From: Eledone cirrhosa
Lineage: Eukaryota
Assembly (NCBI GenBank): GCA_964016885.1
Contig: OZ024740.1
Location: forward strand, 360,716,001 to 360,780,000
Direction of reading: 5' to 3'
Length of the DNA stretch: 64,000 nt
The position numbers were made by a program, and so were the translations under genes. Shown piece by piece: positions 40,394-53,575 of this stretch; position 1 is the first letter of the stretch, and every line of letters begins with the position of its first letter. Below the pieces are notes generated by a model. That model was not told the origin of the DNA and searched no databases. It saw nothing but the letters and a program-made list of their open reading frames with translations.

Positions 40394-43300
40394 TGTGGTT
40401 AGAAAAAGCTACTTCACTTACCGTTTATTGCTGGCACTGCTAATCCAATGGCTGGTTTCTCCTCTCCCACGTGCGTGCAATCCAACTCGTTAATCGGGAG
40501 CTCCAAAACTGACGTCCACCACCTTCGCTGACCACTCTAGAGAGAGGCAGACCTGCTGGCCCTTCCGGTTGAGCACCCTTCCAGTCAAGCACCCTTCCGG
40601 TCAAGCACTCTTCCAGTCGAGCACTCACCAGCCTCCGGCAACCGCACACCACACCATACCCACACGCCCCCCTGATCTCAAGGATCAATTTCCCCCTCGT
40701 CCTGCTGCATATGAAAGTCTGCTGTCCAGGTTGGTGGTTTGCGACTTCTTTGCAATCTCCGCAGTGTTGGGACGGCACTTTGGGTTTCCTCTTCCTCGGA
40801 GTCCATTGACACAGTAATTCTATGGACATCCAGGACATGACGTGGTACTCCGTCCACGGACACATTGTTCTGGGAATTTACGGCCGTCACCATTCACCTT
40901 CCCCATTGAGATGTGCAACCTGGGGGCTTAACCCAGACTTCTTCACACACCTGCACGAATGCATTCTCTCTCTCCACTGGCCATTGTGGTGGCATGCATG
41001 GGTGCTGCCACTCGTATCTGAATACTGCTCTGTGTGGCACCGATTGCTCAACCTGTCCCACCCAAGGAGACATGTTGTATCAGAACACAGCCTCCATTGG
41101 TGAGATGTGGCCCCGCTCTGCCATTGCTTTGATCATCCGGTGGTGTCGCTCTACGATTCCATTTCCGCTCGGCCTGTACGCTGCGCTGAAGAAATGGTCC
41201 ACCTTCCATCCATCGAGCATCTCCCTCAGCACCTCTGAGCGGAACGCTGCGCTGTTGTCCATCAGCAGTTTGTCCACAGAGCCCTGCTCCAAGAACACCT
41301 CTCTCAACGTCCGCGTGATTTCCTCGGCCGTTCCAGTCTTCATCTCCCTCCATATCGCCATCCGTCCCAGTCCACAGTCGACCATTGGGAGGTATGTTCC
41401 TTGTCGGTAGTGTGCTACATCCACCGCCAATTGCTTCCAGTCGCGATCCACCGGGAGGCTTTCCGTTTCGTGCACACCCGGGGCGGGATCAATGGACTGA
41501 CATCGGACGCAGCCTCTAACCACCCTTTGAACACTGTGTCTGTTAACATCCGAGTCGATTCTCCTGGCTAGGAACAGGGTCCTATCCACTCCCATGTGGT
41601 GCATGTCATGCAACCCTTTCAGATCCGACTCGGTCAGCCAACATACGACAGCTATCTCCTCTTCTACATCCTCCGGCGCTTCCATCCAGGCTTTCTTCAC
41701 CCTGGTTAAAACGTCCACCCTATTTTTCTCTGAGGGCATGAAAACTACGCTCAGCCTCAGGTCGAACTCGGTGGCCAGCTCTCTTAAAGTTCCCAGGCGG
41801 CGCTTTATCAGCATCTCCGCCGCCCCTCTCATTCGCACTCTCTTTGTCACTGGTGAGCACTGATCACACCCATCCAAGTACAGTAGCCGAGTCGGTGCGA
41901 ATCTCGATGGTGCGCAGTCCCCACCTCAGGGCGAGGTTCACCCCTCTCAACACCGCATCCAATTCGACCACATTGATGTGGTTACAATCGTCCTTCTTCC
42001 TAAGCCAGGCTGCATCCTCAACCTCAACACCTCCTATCTCCAACGTGACACCTAGCGCTATGCTGCTGGCATCGCACCATACGGTCCCGCTCTGCGATTT
42101 GGGAACATACCAGCATCCCCGCACTGGGTCGTCGGTCTTCGCCCTCTCTACGATCTCCTGCATCATGGCCACCGTCCTCTCTCCCACTCTGTCACTCCGC
42201 CCGCTCGTCTCTTGACATAGCTGCATGCCGTCCGGAGCCACCGAGCAATCAGGTAGTGACCCACCAACTTTCCACACACCAAGAAAAGTTCCCGCCTACT
42301 CATACTTGGGCTCAGTTCTGGAACTTCATTTCCCCTCTGGAATACTAACACGCCCGTCCTGTCTCGCCATAGCCTAAGTCCCAGCGCGGCTTTTCCCTCC
42401 AATGCTTCTGACGGCTTCGCAGCCAGTCCATACCCCTGTAAATGGCTCGTGACCTCCGCCGCCGACACTACAGACTCATCTGCTAGGATGTCGTCAATGT
42501 AGGAATTAGTGGGTCTCTTCATCTTGTCGGCCTTTCCCAGAATGGTCTTGAGGACCGCCGCCATGATCTTCGGTGCAGAGCTCAGCCCGAAACCGAGCCT
42601 GGTCAGGCAATATGTCCAGCCCTTATACCTGACCAGCTGATACTGCCAGAGTTTCTCATCTATGTGTAATTGTAAGTATGCCGACTTTAGATCTACGATT
42701 GCGGAACCCCCCGTCATGCGTCTCCACTCACGCAGGGTTTCCCCACAGACATCCGTGACCTCGCCACCCGTGTGGCATGACACGTGCTCGTTCAGCTCCC
42801 AAAAGTCCAGTACCGGCCTCACCTTGTTCTTCATGGGTTGCGCCACTGCCATTAACGGCAATACTCCACACTTCACCTTCTCTTTCCAGGGAAGCAGTAT
42901 GCCCTCCTCAATCCATCTCTCTACCTCTCGCTCCTAATGTCTCCCTTCAATGTGTGTTGATAGCAGCGCACTTTGGTCTTCAGTGTTGGTGGTTCTCCCT
43001 TCCAGTACCACTCGACAACCCATCGAACACAGCCTTGAAGTCTTTGTCCTGTACAGTGTAAGCGGGATATTTCTCCTCGTGGGCCTTCTGGTTCTCCTGT
43101 CGCGTACTCACAGCGCATACCGATGCGGCACCGCCAAACGACACATCGACGTTGTTCACTGTGACGCCTCCTAGACGGCCAATTGCATCCATGCCCATAA
43201 CTACAACAATCTCATCCACCACGTTGTCGACTACGATGGCAGAAAGCCTTATTTTCTTTCCCCGTACCAGCATCTCTACCCCGTTGCGACCTCGGCATTC

Positions 43301-43795
43301 AATTTTCCTACCGTCGACTGCCCTTACGCTGCTCTTCCCTCTCCACCTCTGCGCCACCCCCATGGTCACCAGTGTCGTCGTACAGCCCGTGTTCACAAGG
43401 GCTCGCTGTGGCTTTTCCCTCATGAAGACTTTCACCACAGGCAGCGCCTCTACTCGTTAGGGGCAGCTACCAGTGCAGTAGTTCCTCTTGGATCATTTCC
43501 CTGGCCGCAGCTAGTAGCGATGTGGCCTGGTCGCTTACACCGGTAGTATATTTTGTCCGGCCTTGACTCTCTACAGTCTCTCGCCATTTATTGCTGGCAC
43601 CGCTAATCCAATGGCTGGTTTCTCCTCTCCCACGTGCGTGCAATCCAACTCGTTAACCGGGAGCTCCAAAACTGACGTCCACCACCTTCGTTGACCACTC
43701 TAGAGAGAGGCAGACCTGCTGGCTCTTCCGGTCGAGCACCCTTCCGGTCAAGCACTCCCCAGCCTCCAGCCACCGCACACCACACCATACCCACA
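40394..43795 (-). mobile_element. Gypsy (Ty3) LTR retrotransposon, internally deleted, 5-bp TSD GATAG
   Basis: TG..CA 3' LTR at 40394-40664 with adjacent PPT; partial 5' LTR at 43587-43795. Order is zinc knuckle, protease (ALVNTG), RT (YIDD), RNase H (WCDAS), integrase (HH..CC, MDN, GIVER). TSD at 40389-40393 and 43796-43800. Confidence 0.95.
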
Positions 43796-45457
43796 GATAG
43801 TAAGAAGGAAGACGCAGTATATTTGTATTCAGTCTAGGATTGATAGTGTAAAAAAACAGGAAATCCTATGTTTACTAAGCTTTGTCAAAACATGTGAACT
43901 TATTGTCCAATGGCTGCTGGGAATCTTATGTACACACTTAAAACACACAAAATTGATATAAACTATACACATACACATATATCTACTTTCTTGCTTTCTC
44001 TCTTGGTTCTATCTTCCCTTAGATTATTCTGAAGAAAAACAAAAAATAATCGCTTCATTTCACTGACTCCCACACTCCCATGATTATTAGTTCAAGGAAA
44101 ATGAAATAGGACCCTATTTCTTGTTCATTCATCAAAGTAATGTAAACTCTTGTTTTTCTCTCCAACTATGTCCATCATCTCCCATTTCCCCAGCCCTTAT
44201 GCCACCATAGCCACGTACACCAATCAAAACATGGCAGCACAAATATGTTGTAACTGCTAACTTAATATCTATCACAATAACCACTACTACTTCTCCTAAT
44301 ACAGTTGTTATGGGCCTGATTTTGTTCTGTATAGCAAATGGAATGCAAAATTGAAGCATTACTATAATATAAATATGAATCCACCAGCTTTCTCTGGATG
44401 ATGATGTGAACAATCTTCTTTATTTCAGACATGGAAATCCAACACTAACTTATCTCTCACACCCCTTACCAAGTTTTCACCTTCCTCTCACATCTTCTGG
44501 TGAACTCCATAACTTCAGAGCTAGTACCTTTAACGTAGACATGGTGAAAGGAAAATCTGGATTGATTGTAGAGATGCTTGAACAAAAGAAATGGAAGACG
44601 ATGAAAGAGAGAGTAGATGGAGGGGAATGTCAGCTAGATACCATGTGGGCAAAAAACGATGCTATACATTTTTTTCTGGGTGGGAAATGACAATGGGCTG
44701 GGTGGAGTAGGAATTTTGGTAGCAGAAAAATGGGTAGACACAGTAATTGCTGTAAATAGAGTGAACAACAGAATAATTAAACTCAGACTTGTATTTAGTA
44801 GAGCAACCATGACGAATATAGCTGCATGTGCACCTCAGTCTGGACTGTCAGACACACTAAAAGACAAGTTCTATGACTCCCTAATACACACTAATTCCCA
44901 AATAAGCATCAGTGACTTCATAATCATTGTAGATGACTTTAATGGACCTGTCAGGCAACACTCCAATGTCTTTGATGGGATCCATGGGGGTTGTGGGCTT
45001 GGCGCTAGAAATGAGGAAGGCTTTTGGAATTCTGCAACTCTGACACGAACTTCAAAATATTAGACAACCACTTAATCACCTATAGATCAGGTGAACACTT
45101 CAGCCAGTTAGATTTTAAACTTACCAGATGAAACAGAGTGGCAATTGCAAACACAAAGTCCCTCCCTGGTGAAGAATGCCTCCCAACATAACCTAGTGAT
45201 TAGCGACCTTATAGTTAGGGCTACAAGAACCTGGCAATGGAGGACAGCCTGGAGGAGAAGAATAAGGAAGTCAAAGAGCCCATCAGCCAGTAACTAATTT
45301 ATATATTTATTTAATCACACACATTTACATATATGTGTGAAGGCATTATGAACGCATATACAATATGTTTATGTATAAAATCATAAGTCTTGTTGCGAGT
45401 ATTTTAAGTTGTGATTAGATCATATCTAACTCTGTATCTATGTAAGAGCATTATCCA

Positions 45458-45652
45458 GGGCGGTGAATTGGCAGTATTGGTAGAGCATCAGACACCATGC
45501 TTTGCAGCATAGAGTTATGGCCCGTTACATTCTGAGTTCAAATCCCTCCAAGGTTAGCTTTGCCTTTCATCCTTACGGGGTTGATAAAATAAAGTACCAG
45601 TAATGCACTGGGGTAATTGCTGGCCTTGTGCCAAAAGTAGAAACAATTATTA
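45458..45652 (+). mobile_element. Abundant ~190-bp tRNA-derived SINE (copies e.g. 392-600 -, 5415-5600 -, 10003-10190 +, 22520-22697 -, 48928-49120 +, 51560-52200 - x3, 52531-52671 +)
   Basis: GGCGGTGAATTGGCAG head, GAGTTCAAATCC B-box, core TTTGCCTTTCATCCTTACGGGGTCGATAAAATAAAGTACCAG, (ATT)n tail. Confidence 0.85.
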
Positions 45653-48084
45653 TCATATTTCATGATTATTATCATTCCTCAGAAAAAGGTATACTGAGGT
45701 GTTGAAGTTGATCACTTCTGAAAGATTTTGTAAACAAGTCATTTGCATGGTGGCTCATTTACATATAGAGAAAGATCAACAAATTACTAGTAATTAGCTG
45801 CAATACTAACAGAGCATGGTAGAGAGTGAAGGAGTATGTGAATCCATATAAAATATGTTTATGTATAATATAATAAACAAGAAAGGCATGGCTGGGGATA
45901 ATGGAGGAGAAAATGAAAACCAGGGGATTGGTAGGTTGGGGATACAAGTGATTGGGAAAATAGAGACGCTTGTAATACCCTAGCTAACCACTTCTTAAGC
46001 AAGGAAAATGGCCTTAACGATTTCATATTTCTAGTGACAGACACTGCCTATGATTTTGGACATAACTCAGAATTTGAAAGAGATTTATTAATATAACTAT
46101 ATTTCTTATTAAACTGGTGTTTGAAGCTTAACTTAACAAAGGTTCTAACATAAAACTGATGAAATATTTTTAGATAAATATAAAAACTATAAATAAATAT
46201 CCTTGTATCATAGAACCAACAACACTTTGGTATCCAAAGAGTTTAAATGTTTATTCTTGTAGCTATTGTAATGGTGGGTGAACCACTAGTTGTTTAGCTG
46301 TGTCTGAAACAGCTGTCATGACTTGCGTACTTACCAGCTGTCTGCCTTCTACTTCAGTTATATCTATCAGGCCCAACCTTCAAAGATTTGGTCTTTGTAC
46401 TACTTCATTTCAGTAATCTTCCACTCAACCCTTCAAGCTCTCGTGCACTTGATAAAAATAACGTTCTTGAGCAATGAATGGCTATGTGGTTAACAAGTTT
46501 GCTTCACAACCATGTGTGTTGGCTAAACTTACTGCGGTGTGAGCTGTAACAACTTTGGGCTTATGACTTGTACCAACAAGAAGCTTGACTGTTGCCTTGT
46601 GAGTGGGTTTGGTAGACAGAAACTGAGTGAGAGTCCATCACATCATTTTATATTGGTGTAAAAATTCAGTGCTTTGTTAATGAATCCGTTATATTTGTTC
46701 TGTGTCGAGTTAGACTCACCCTTATTGTCTCAGCATCATAAATACAATGAATCAGTGATTAGCCCACTGGAAAATGGTAACAGATGATGCTATTTCTAAC
46801 CAACTATCATTATTGTTTTTACATATGGTTTTTCATACTGGCATATTGGATGCTCTTCCTGATGTCAACCATTTTTGTCAAATTTTACAATTCTGTGTAT
46901 ATCTAGTATAGAAAAGGTATGCATGACCTAAGAGGTGATTAAAGCAGTTGGTGCCACCTCCACTCATTTCTCCTTGAATCACCTGTGTTATACTCGCCCA
47001 CCTCTACCTCAAGCTAACCACTGCATTCGATCCTTCCTCTCTCTGGAATTCTTTCCCTGCAACAATTTAAACTGAACATCAACAGCATCAATCCCAGAGT
47101 CTGCAAAGATCATTGGCATTGCCCCTTCTTTCAGATCTAGCAAATAATAAATAGTCTTTAAATTTTTTGTTGCTACAACAAGCAAGGGTGCAGTGGACCT
47201 ATTTTAAAAACTAGGACAAACACAGAATGTGTACAACAGATAAATAAATAGAGGTCAAGTGATGGGGCATTTAAGTTTGAGTCAGTAGGTGAGAGAGAGC
47301 AGGTAGGGCAAGAGATAATAATTTGTACCCTGTTGTTAGTGTTGTATGATCTAATTAAATCGATTAACTCTCAACAGGCTACTCTACATAGTTTTTTTAA
47401 GTAGGGTCCACACCGTGGTGGTATATTGTTCTAGTTCTGTGTGATTAAGATCAAATACTCTGCTGGTTTGCTGTACTAAAGTCAATTTCTCATCCTATCC
47501 TGTCAATGATTTGCCTTATCTTCTTAACACCACAGAAAACACACCTACACATAAACATGTACACGGACACACACAAACAGAATTAAACACCAGCTTTTGT
47601 TACCATATTTCTAAAGAAAGCCCACTTATTATTTTCAAATAATTTTGAAAATAATTCAAAATTTGGATAGATTTAATAAAATAACTAGCTTTCTCAAGGG
47701 AAAGATGAAATACAACAATAAAATAAGTGTGATACACTTAATCTGCTGTCCAGTTTAACATACCATCTGGCTCATGGATGTGGACTCTGCTAAAGGCATC
47801 CATGAGCCAGATGGTATGAAAGGAAGAAAGGAGAAAGTTAGTCTCAGACAAGAGACCTAGTTCATATACTTTCACCAGTCTAATGCCAAGCTGGTTTTAA
47901 CTGAAAATCATATATTTAGTCACATAGGTCTTGAAAAGGGTCATGAACATTGCCCTTCTTCCTCTGAATAAGAGACAAAATCATGGTAACAATGAAGTAC
48001 TGTGATCAATTAAGTTAACTACCCTGTGCTACTAAAATGTGTGACCCTTTGCTTATGTTAGCAATCATTATTATTATCTAAAGA

Positions 48085-48921
48085 TTATATGATGCCTGTA
48101 TATAAACAGCAATGTTACATGGCAGTGAGACATAGGCATTGCGTGCACAGGACCTGCGCAGACTGGAAAGGAACGAATCATGCATGCTCCATTGGATGTG
48201 TAATAGTAATATACATGAACGGCAAAGCATAAATGAACTAAGTGAGAAATTAGGAATAAGAGGGATCAGATGCTGTTTACATGAGAGAAGACTACATTGG
48301 TATGGTCATGTGATGAGCATGAAAGACGATAGCTGTATAAAAAAGTGCAAGGCGATCAAAATTGATGGAAGTTACGGAGTAGGTAGACCCAGAAAAACCT
48401 GGGACGATTTGATAAATTCCGACCTTACACACTTGCACCTCTCTAAGACAATGTCACTGGACTGAAATCTTTGACGCTACGCAGTAATACAGAAGACCTG
48501 CCTTGCTATGTACAAAGCGAAACCTTCAGTCAGTAGGCACCTCTTAACCAAATATACACCCCAAACCACTACCCCTACCCTATCCTCCCACTCCCACCAA
48601 CACCACCCTCTCTCTGTAAATTTGGTACCACAACATTCAGTCCAAATATATGAGATAATGAGATTGTGTAGGTGTCACAACAAAAACACAGTCCACGCTG
48701 TAATGTGGCCGTGGAGGTAACACGGTAAAAAGTTCCCAGTTCCACACTGTAAATGTGGTTGGTGTTAGGAAGGGCATCCAACCATAGAAAACCTGCCAGA
48801 TAGTCCTATATGAGCGAGACACGGTCACCCGACCAACCTTGCCTCAAGTGGGACAACTCCCGTCTAACCCATGCTAGCATGGAAGATGGACGTTAAACGA
48901 AGATGATGATGATGATGATGA
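48085..48921 (+). mobile_element. RTE subfamily 3' end with long 3' UTR (homologous minus copies ~31381-32185 and ~11596-12000)
   Basis: LERNE..RRLHWYGHV..GRPRKTW, a shared 3' UTR and (GAT)n tail in all three copies. Confidence 0.85.
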
Positions 48922-49798
48922 AAGAAAGGGTGGTGAATTGGCAGTATCGGTAGAGGGTCAAACGCCATGCTTTCCAGCATAGAGTTATACCCCTTTATGA
49001 TCTGAGTACAAACTCCGCCGAGGTTAACATTGCTTTTCATCCTTACAGGGTCGATAAAATAAAGTACCAGTAATGCACTGGGATAATTGCTGGCCTTGTG
49101 CCAAAAATAGAAACAATTATTATCTAAAGAGTGTTGGATTGGTAGAATTGTTAGAGTATCGGATAAATTGCTTTGTGGTATTTATTACAGCTCTGTATGT
49201 TCTGTGTCATATCATACCAAGGTCAATTTCACCTTTCATAAATAAAGTATCAGTCCAGTAATGGGGTTAATTTAATCAACTTTTCCCAACCTCTAAATTG
49301 CTTGTCAGTTGTCAGTTTCAGGGTAATAGATTGACAGGGTTGGTAGAACATTGGACAAAATGCCTTATCCTTATAGTATTTAGTTATAGGCCTTTATGTT
49401 CTGAGTTCAATTCTTGCTTAGTTTCACTGTCTTTCATCCTTCCTGGAAAGTATCACTGGGTGACTTATAATCAAGATGAAAGATATTTATAAGAGCTTAT
49501 GACCACAGCAATTGGCAATTGTACTTGCTAGTAAATGGAAAACAAACACCAAAAATGGAGACAGAAATAACAACAAAAGTGAATCAGAAACAACAACAAA
49601 AAATGAAAATAAGAACAATATGTAAGTTACTTTAATTTTGGAAACAGGTATTTATCTGTCTATATATTATATATATATACACACACACATGCATTCATGT
49701 ATACATATATTATTATATGTATGCATATGTGTGTGTGTATTTTTATTAGGGTTTACAGCTCAATGGCAAGTTCTTTTTAAAACAGTCCAAAATACATA

Positions 49799-49881
<83 letters not shown>

Positions 49882-49935
49882 CATATATATCATATACATC
49901 ATATATATCATATATATCATATACATCATATATAT

Positions 49936-50362
49936 CAGTGGTGACTCCAGTACTTAACTTAGCCTGAGTAACCCAACTATCAAGTCTATCTATTTTAAAC
50001 CAACAAGAAATATTTCAGAACACTACACATTCTTTCTTGACTTGCAATATTTGCTCGGACCCAATGGTGTGACTCGGGCTGATAGATTTCCACCCAAACT
50101 ATTATTAAGAATAAAATAATACTGATTGTTTATAATTTACTATCTGTCAAAGAAATATAGTTTTGTTTCAACTTTATAATGTTATATCAATAAAATTTAA
50201 TGAGGCTAGTTTGGGCTTCTAAAATTTAGCCCTGGTGAAACAAACAAACTGTACAATTAATAAGAGCCGCGAGCAAAAACGTTTGAAAAGTCAACCATCA
50301 TGTATGTCTCTGATCTGTTGCAGGCAAACCCAAGTAATACTCATGAGCTAGAGTCACCACAT
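49936..50362. mobile_element. hAT-like MITE
   Basis: Termini CAGTGGTGACTC / GAGTCACCAC in a TA-rich tract. Confidence 0.5.
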
Positions 50363-50440
50363 TATATATGTATGTATGTATGTGTGTATATATGTATATA
50401 TGTGTGTGTGTGTGTGTACATGTATAAATATATGTGTGTA

Positions 50441-50638
50441 CGCAGGTCGGCTGAAAAGTTCATAGGCTAACCAAGATACTCTCATAGAATGACCAAATGA
50501 GGTTTATTTTTCAACAGGGTCCCTGGAAAGAAACAAGACAGTTATTAATAAGAAGAGTTGAAATTAATGCATGCAAGATTTCATAGCTCTCACATTACAC
50601 CTTCATGGTCAGCGTATGAACTTTTCAGCCGACTCTTG
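50441..50638. mobile_element. mariner-derived MITE
   Basis: TIRs GTCGGCTGAAAAGTTCATA / TATGAACTTTTCAGCCGAC with TA at both ends. Confidence 0.8.
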
Positions 50639-50663
50639 TATATATTATATATGTGTGTGTGTG

Positions 50664-50697
<34 letters not shown>

Positions 50698-50900
50698 TCT
50701 ATTTACATATATATGTATATATATATATATATATATGCATCATTCTGAAGGTGGGTATGGACTCTTAGTGGTGTAGTAAAATAATTGTAGTAGACATGAG
50801 GATGGGGTTAAAAATGGATGACAGGGTACGAGTGAGGGTAGTGGTTTCTGTGTGTGTGGCACTTTAAAATTAGAAAGCTGGTTCATCGAATGGTTTTCCA

Positions 50901-51431
50901 TCACCAGCCAGTTTTGTAAATGTGAGGACTGTCTATTTTCAGCTCTTCAACCATGCAAATGTAGTCCTTGTGGCTGGGGGCAAGTTTCTCAATTGTGTCC
51001 AGCTTGATGCGGGGTTTAACACCCAGGTGGTGTCGTATGACAACACGACAAATCTCCATTAGGGAGCGAGGGTACTTATGTGCCTTGTGCATCAAGTCCC
51101 CTATCTGGGTTTTCATATCTTTGCTGAAGACGGAAGAGATAATGGAGGATGTGCCAAGCAGATTTTCAATGGTCTTCACTGTCTTATTTGGAATGTTCAG
51201 GTAGCACTTAATAAGCAGTTTGATCATGTCAATGTTTTTGTTGACTGTGGCTGAGTAAAAGGGCTCCTGTACAAAAAAAGGGCTGTCATCATCTTCACTC
51301 TCTAACTGCAGCAACAGGGGGAAGCTTCTGTGGGCGTTGAGATCACATCCAGACATAAGAAGCACCTTCAACATGTTCATGGAGTCGAGGGAGCAGGCAA
51401 GCTGGACAGGAGTTTGGCCAACATTGTTCAT
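50901..51431 (-). CDS. ASB-like protein, terminal exon with SOCS box
   Basis: Acceptor acattccag|, MNNVGQTPVQLAC (ankyrin) ... PRSLMEICRVVIRHHLG...LAPSHKDYI (SOCS box), stop TGA. Confidence 0.9.
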   Translation of the reverse strand: MNNVGQTPVQLACSLDSMNMLKVLLMSGCDLNAHRSFPLLLQLESEDDDSPFFVQEPFYSATVNKNIDMIKLLIKCYLNIPNKTVKTIENLLGTSSIISSVFSKDMKTQIGDLMHKAHKYPRSLMEICRVVIRHHLGVKPRIKLDTIEKLAPSHKDYICMVEELKIDSPHIYKTGW

Positions 51432-52899
51432 CTGGAATGTAAAATGAGAAAATTACTATGATGATAAAGATGATGATAGTAATTTATCCTTATAAATTAC
51501 TGATGGTGATAATAAAGGTGGTGGTGGCGGTGATGAAGATGATGATAACGATAATAATAATGTTTTCTTATATAGGCACAAGGCCAGTAATTTGGGGAGA
51601 GGAGAAAGTTGATTAAATCGACCCCAGTGCTTTATTTTATCAACCCCATAAGGATGAAAGGCAAAGTTAACCTCGGCGGGATTTGAGCTCAAATCATAAA
51701 GAGCCGTAACTCTATGCTGCAAAGCATGGCGTCCGACCCTCTACCGTTACTGCCAATCCACCGCCCTCATCGATAATAATAATAATGATTTCTAATTTAG
51801 GCCGAAGTCCAGAAATTTGTGAGGAGTGGGAAAGTCAATTATATTGACCCCAGTATTTGACTGGTACTTTATTTTACCGACCCTGAAAAGATGAAAGGTA
51901 AAATTGGCCATGACGAGATTTGAACTCAGAATGTAAAGAGCAGCAACAAATGCCACAAAGCATTTTATTCCACACACTAACGATTCTGCTAATCCACTGC
52001 CCTGATTTTAATAATTGTTTCTACTTTTGGCACAAGGCCAGCAATTATCCCAATGTATTACTGGTGCTTTATTTTATTGACCCCATAAGGATGAAAAGCA
52101 AAGCTAACCTCAGCAGGATTTGAACTCAGAACGTAAAGGGCCATAACTCTATGCTACAAAGCATGGTATCTGACGCTCTACCGATACTGCCAATCTATCG
52201 CTCTTGATTTTAATAATAAGAAGAAGCATTTTCTTTATTTTGCCAAGTGAGGGGGATATTACGAAGACAGGTTACATAAAGTTTGGGTGTTTATATAAAA
52301 AAAATCAGATGAAGAAATCTATATATCTAAACTATAATAAATTATCCCATTAGTAAAATAAGTTGGATTACTTTGAATAAATAATGAATGAATATTACAT
52401 AATTTATCTACTAAATTTCGTGGCTGTTGATTAAATGTTTTGTTTATTTAAAGATTCACTTCTTTAAAATTTCTGAAATGTCAACACTTCCGGTTGGCCA
52501 TCGCCTAAATAAACATACTAATTTTCTCCTTATCGGTAGAGGGACGGACGCCATGCTTTCCAGCAAATCCCGCCGAGGTTGACTTTGCCTTTCATCCTTA
52601 CGGGGTCGATAAAATAAAGTACCAGTAATGCACTGGGTAATTGCTGGCCTTGTGCCTAAAGTAGAAACAATTAATTTTCTCCTAATGCAGTTTATATATA
52701 ATATCGTTTTTTTTAATGTATCATGGATTACGTTACTGATTACATAAGGCAGTGTAACACAGTCTTCGTTCAATTTCTGTTTATATCGTCAATTACGATT
52801 TTATTTGATGTATCATATCTACATGTATATATACTTGCGTATAATATCAGTATACACACTACACATGCTAGCAGAAAACCACCCGAAGGATGGTTTTTC

Positions 52900-53575
52900 T
52901 GCTAGTATATATAAAAGAGATGTTTATTGGTTGGCTAGTTGAATCACATGAAAACTACACACACATACATCTAAAAAGAGAGACACAGAGGGAGAGGCAG
53001 AAAGAGAGAGATAGGCCATTATACAGAGAAAGATACAATAAAAGTGTTAGATATTCAGAGAGAGAGAGAGAGTAACGTCCCACGAAAGTCTAGAAATAGC
53101 TTAAACTATAAATCCTTTGATCTATAGGAAGGTTTAACAATATTGTGTTAGCTTTTATAAAGTCGTTTTACAATCTTTGATTTTACAGAACAAAGAAAAA
53201 TTGATACTATTTGAAATTAATCTACCTTCCAGTTTTTATCCATATACTACTTACAGACTGTACTAACAAAACTAAAAACTTCAGAAGCAATGTTATGCGG
53301 TATATTGCTGCATTTCAGATGACGTCCTTTGGAGCTGAAAAAGATCATACTGATTATGGTTATTTCACCACATTTAAAATCCAAGGCCAATGCTACCATT
53401 TAATCGGTAGTTTACTCCCCCAGCCTAAAAAGGAAGTGTTATGATTGTTTTTTTTTTAATCTCTCTCACACATACACACATTACGATCTCACCTCATATT
53501 GTAAACCAGACAACACATCCAATACAGTCGTTTTCTCTTAACTATTCTCCTGGCAAAGCCGGGTACCTCAGCTAG
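52900..53575 (+). mobile_element. Non-autonomous Helitron with Rep-helicase N-terminal remnant
   Basis: AAFQMTSFG...FKIQGQCYHLIGSLLP peptide. 3' hairpin CCTGGC-AAA-GCCGGG followed by CTAG|T at 53572-53576. 5' end approximate. Confidence 0.8.

Noticed and set aside
44132-44413. 93-aa hydrophobic ORF as a possible extra exon
   Set aside because: No recognisable motif or convincing splice sites.
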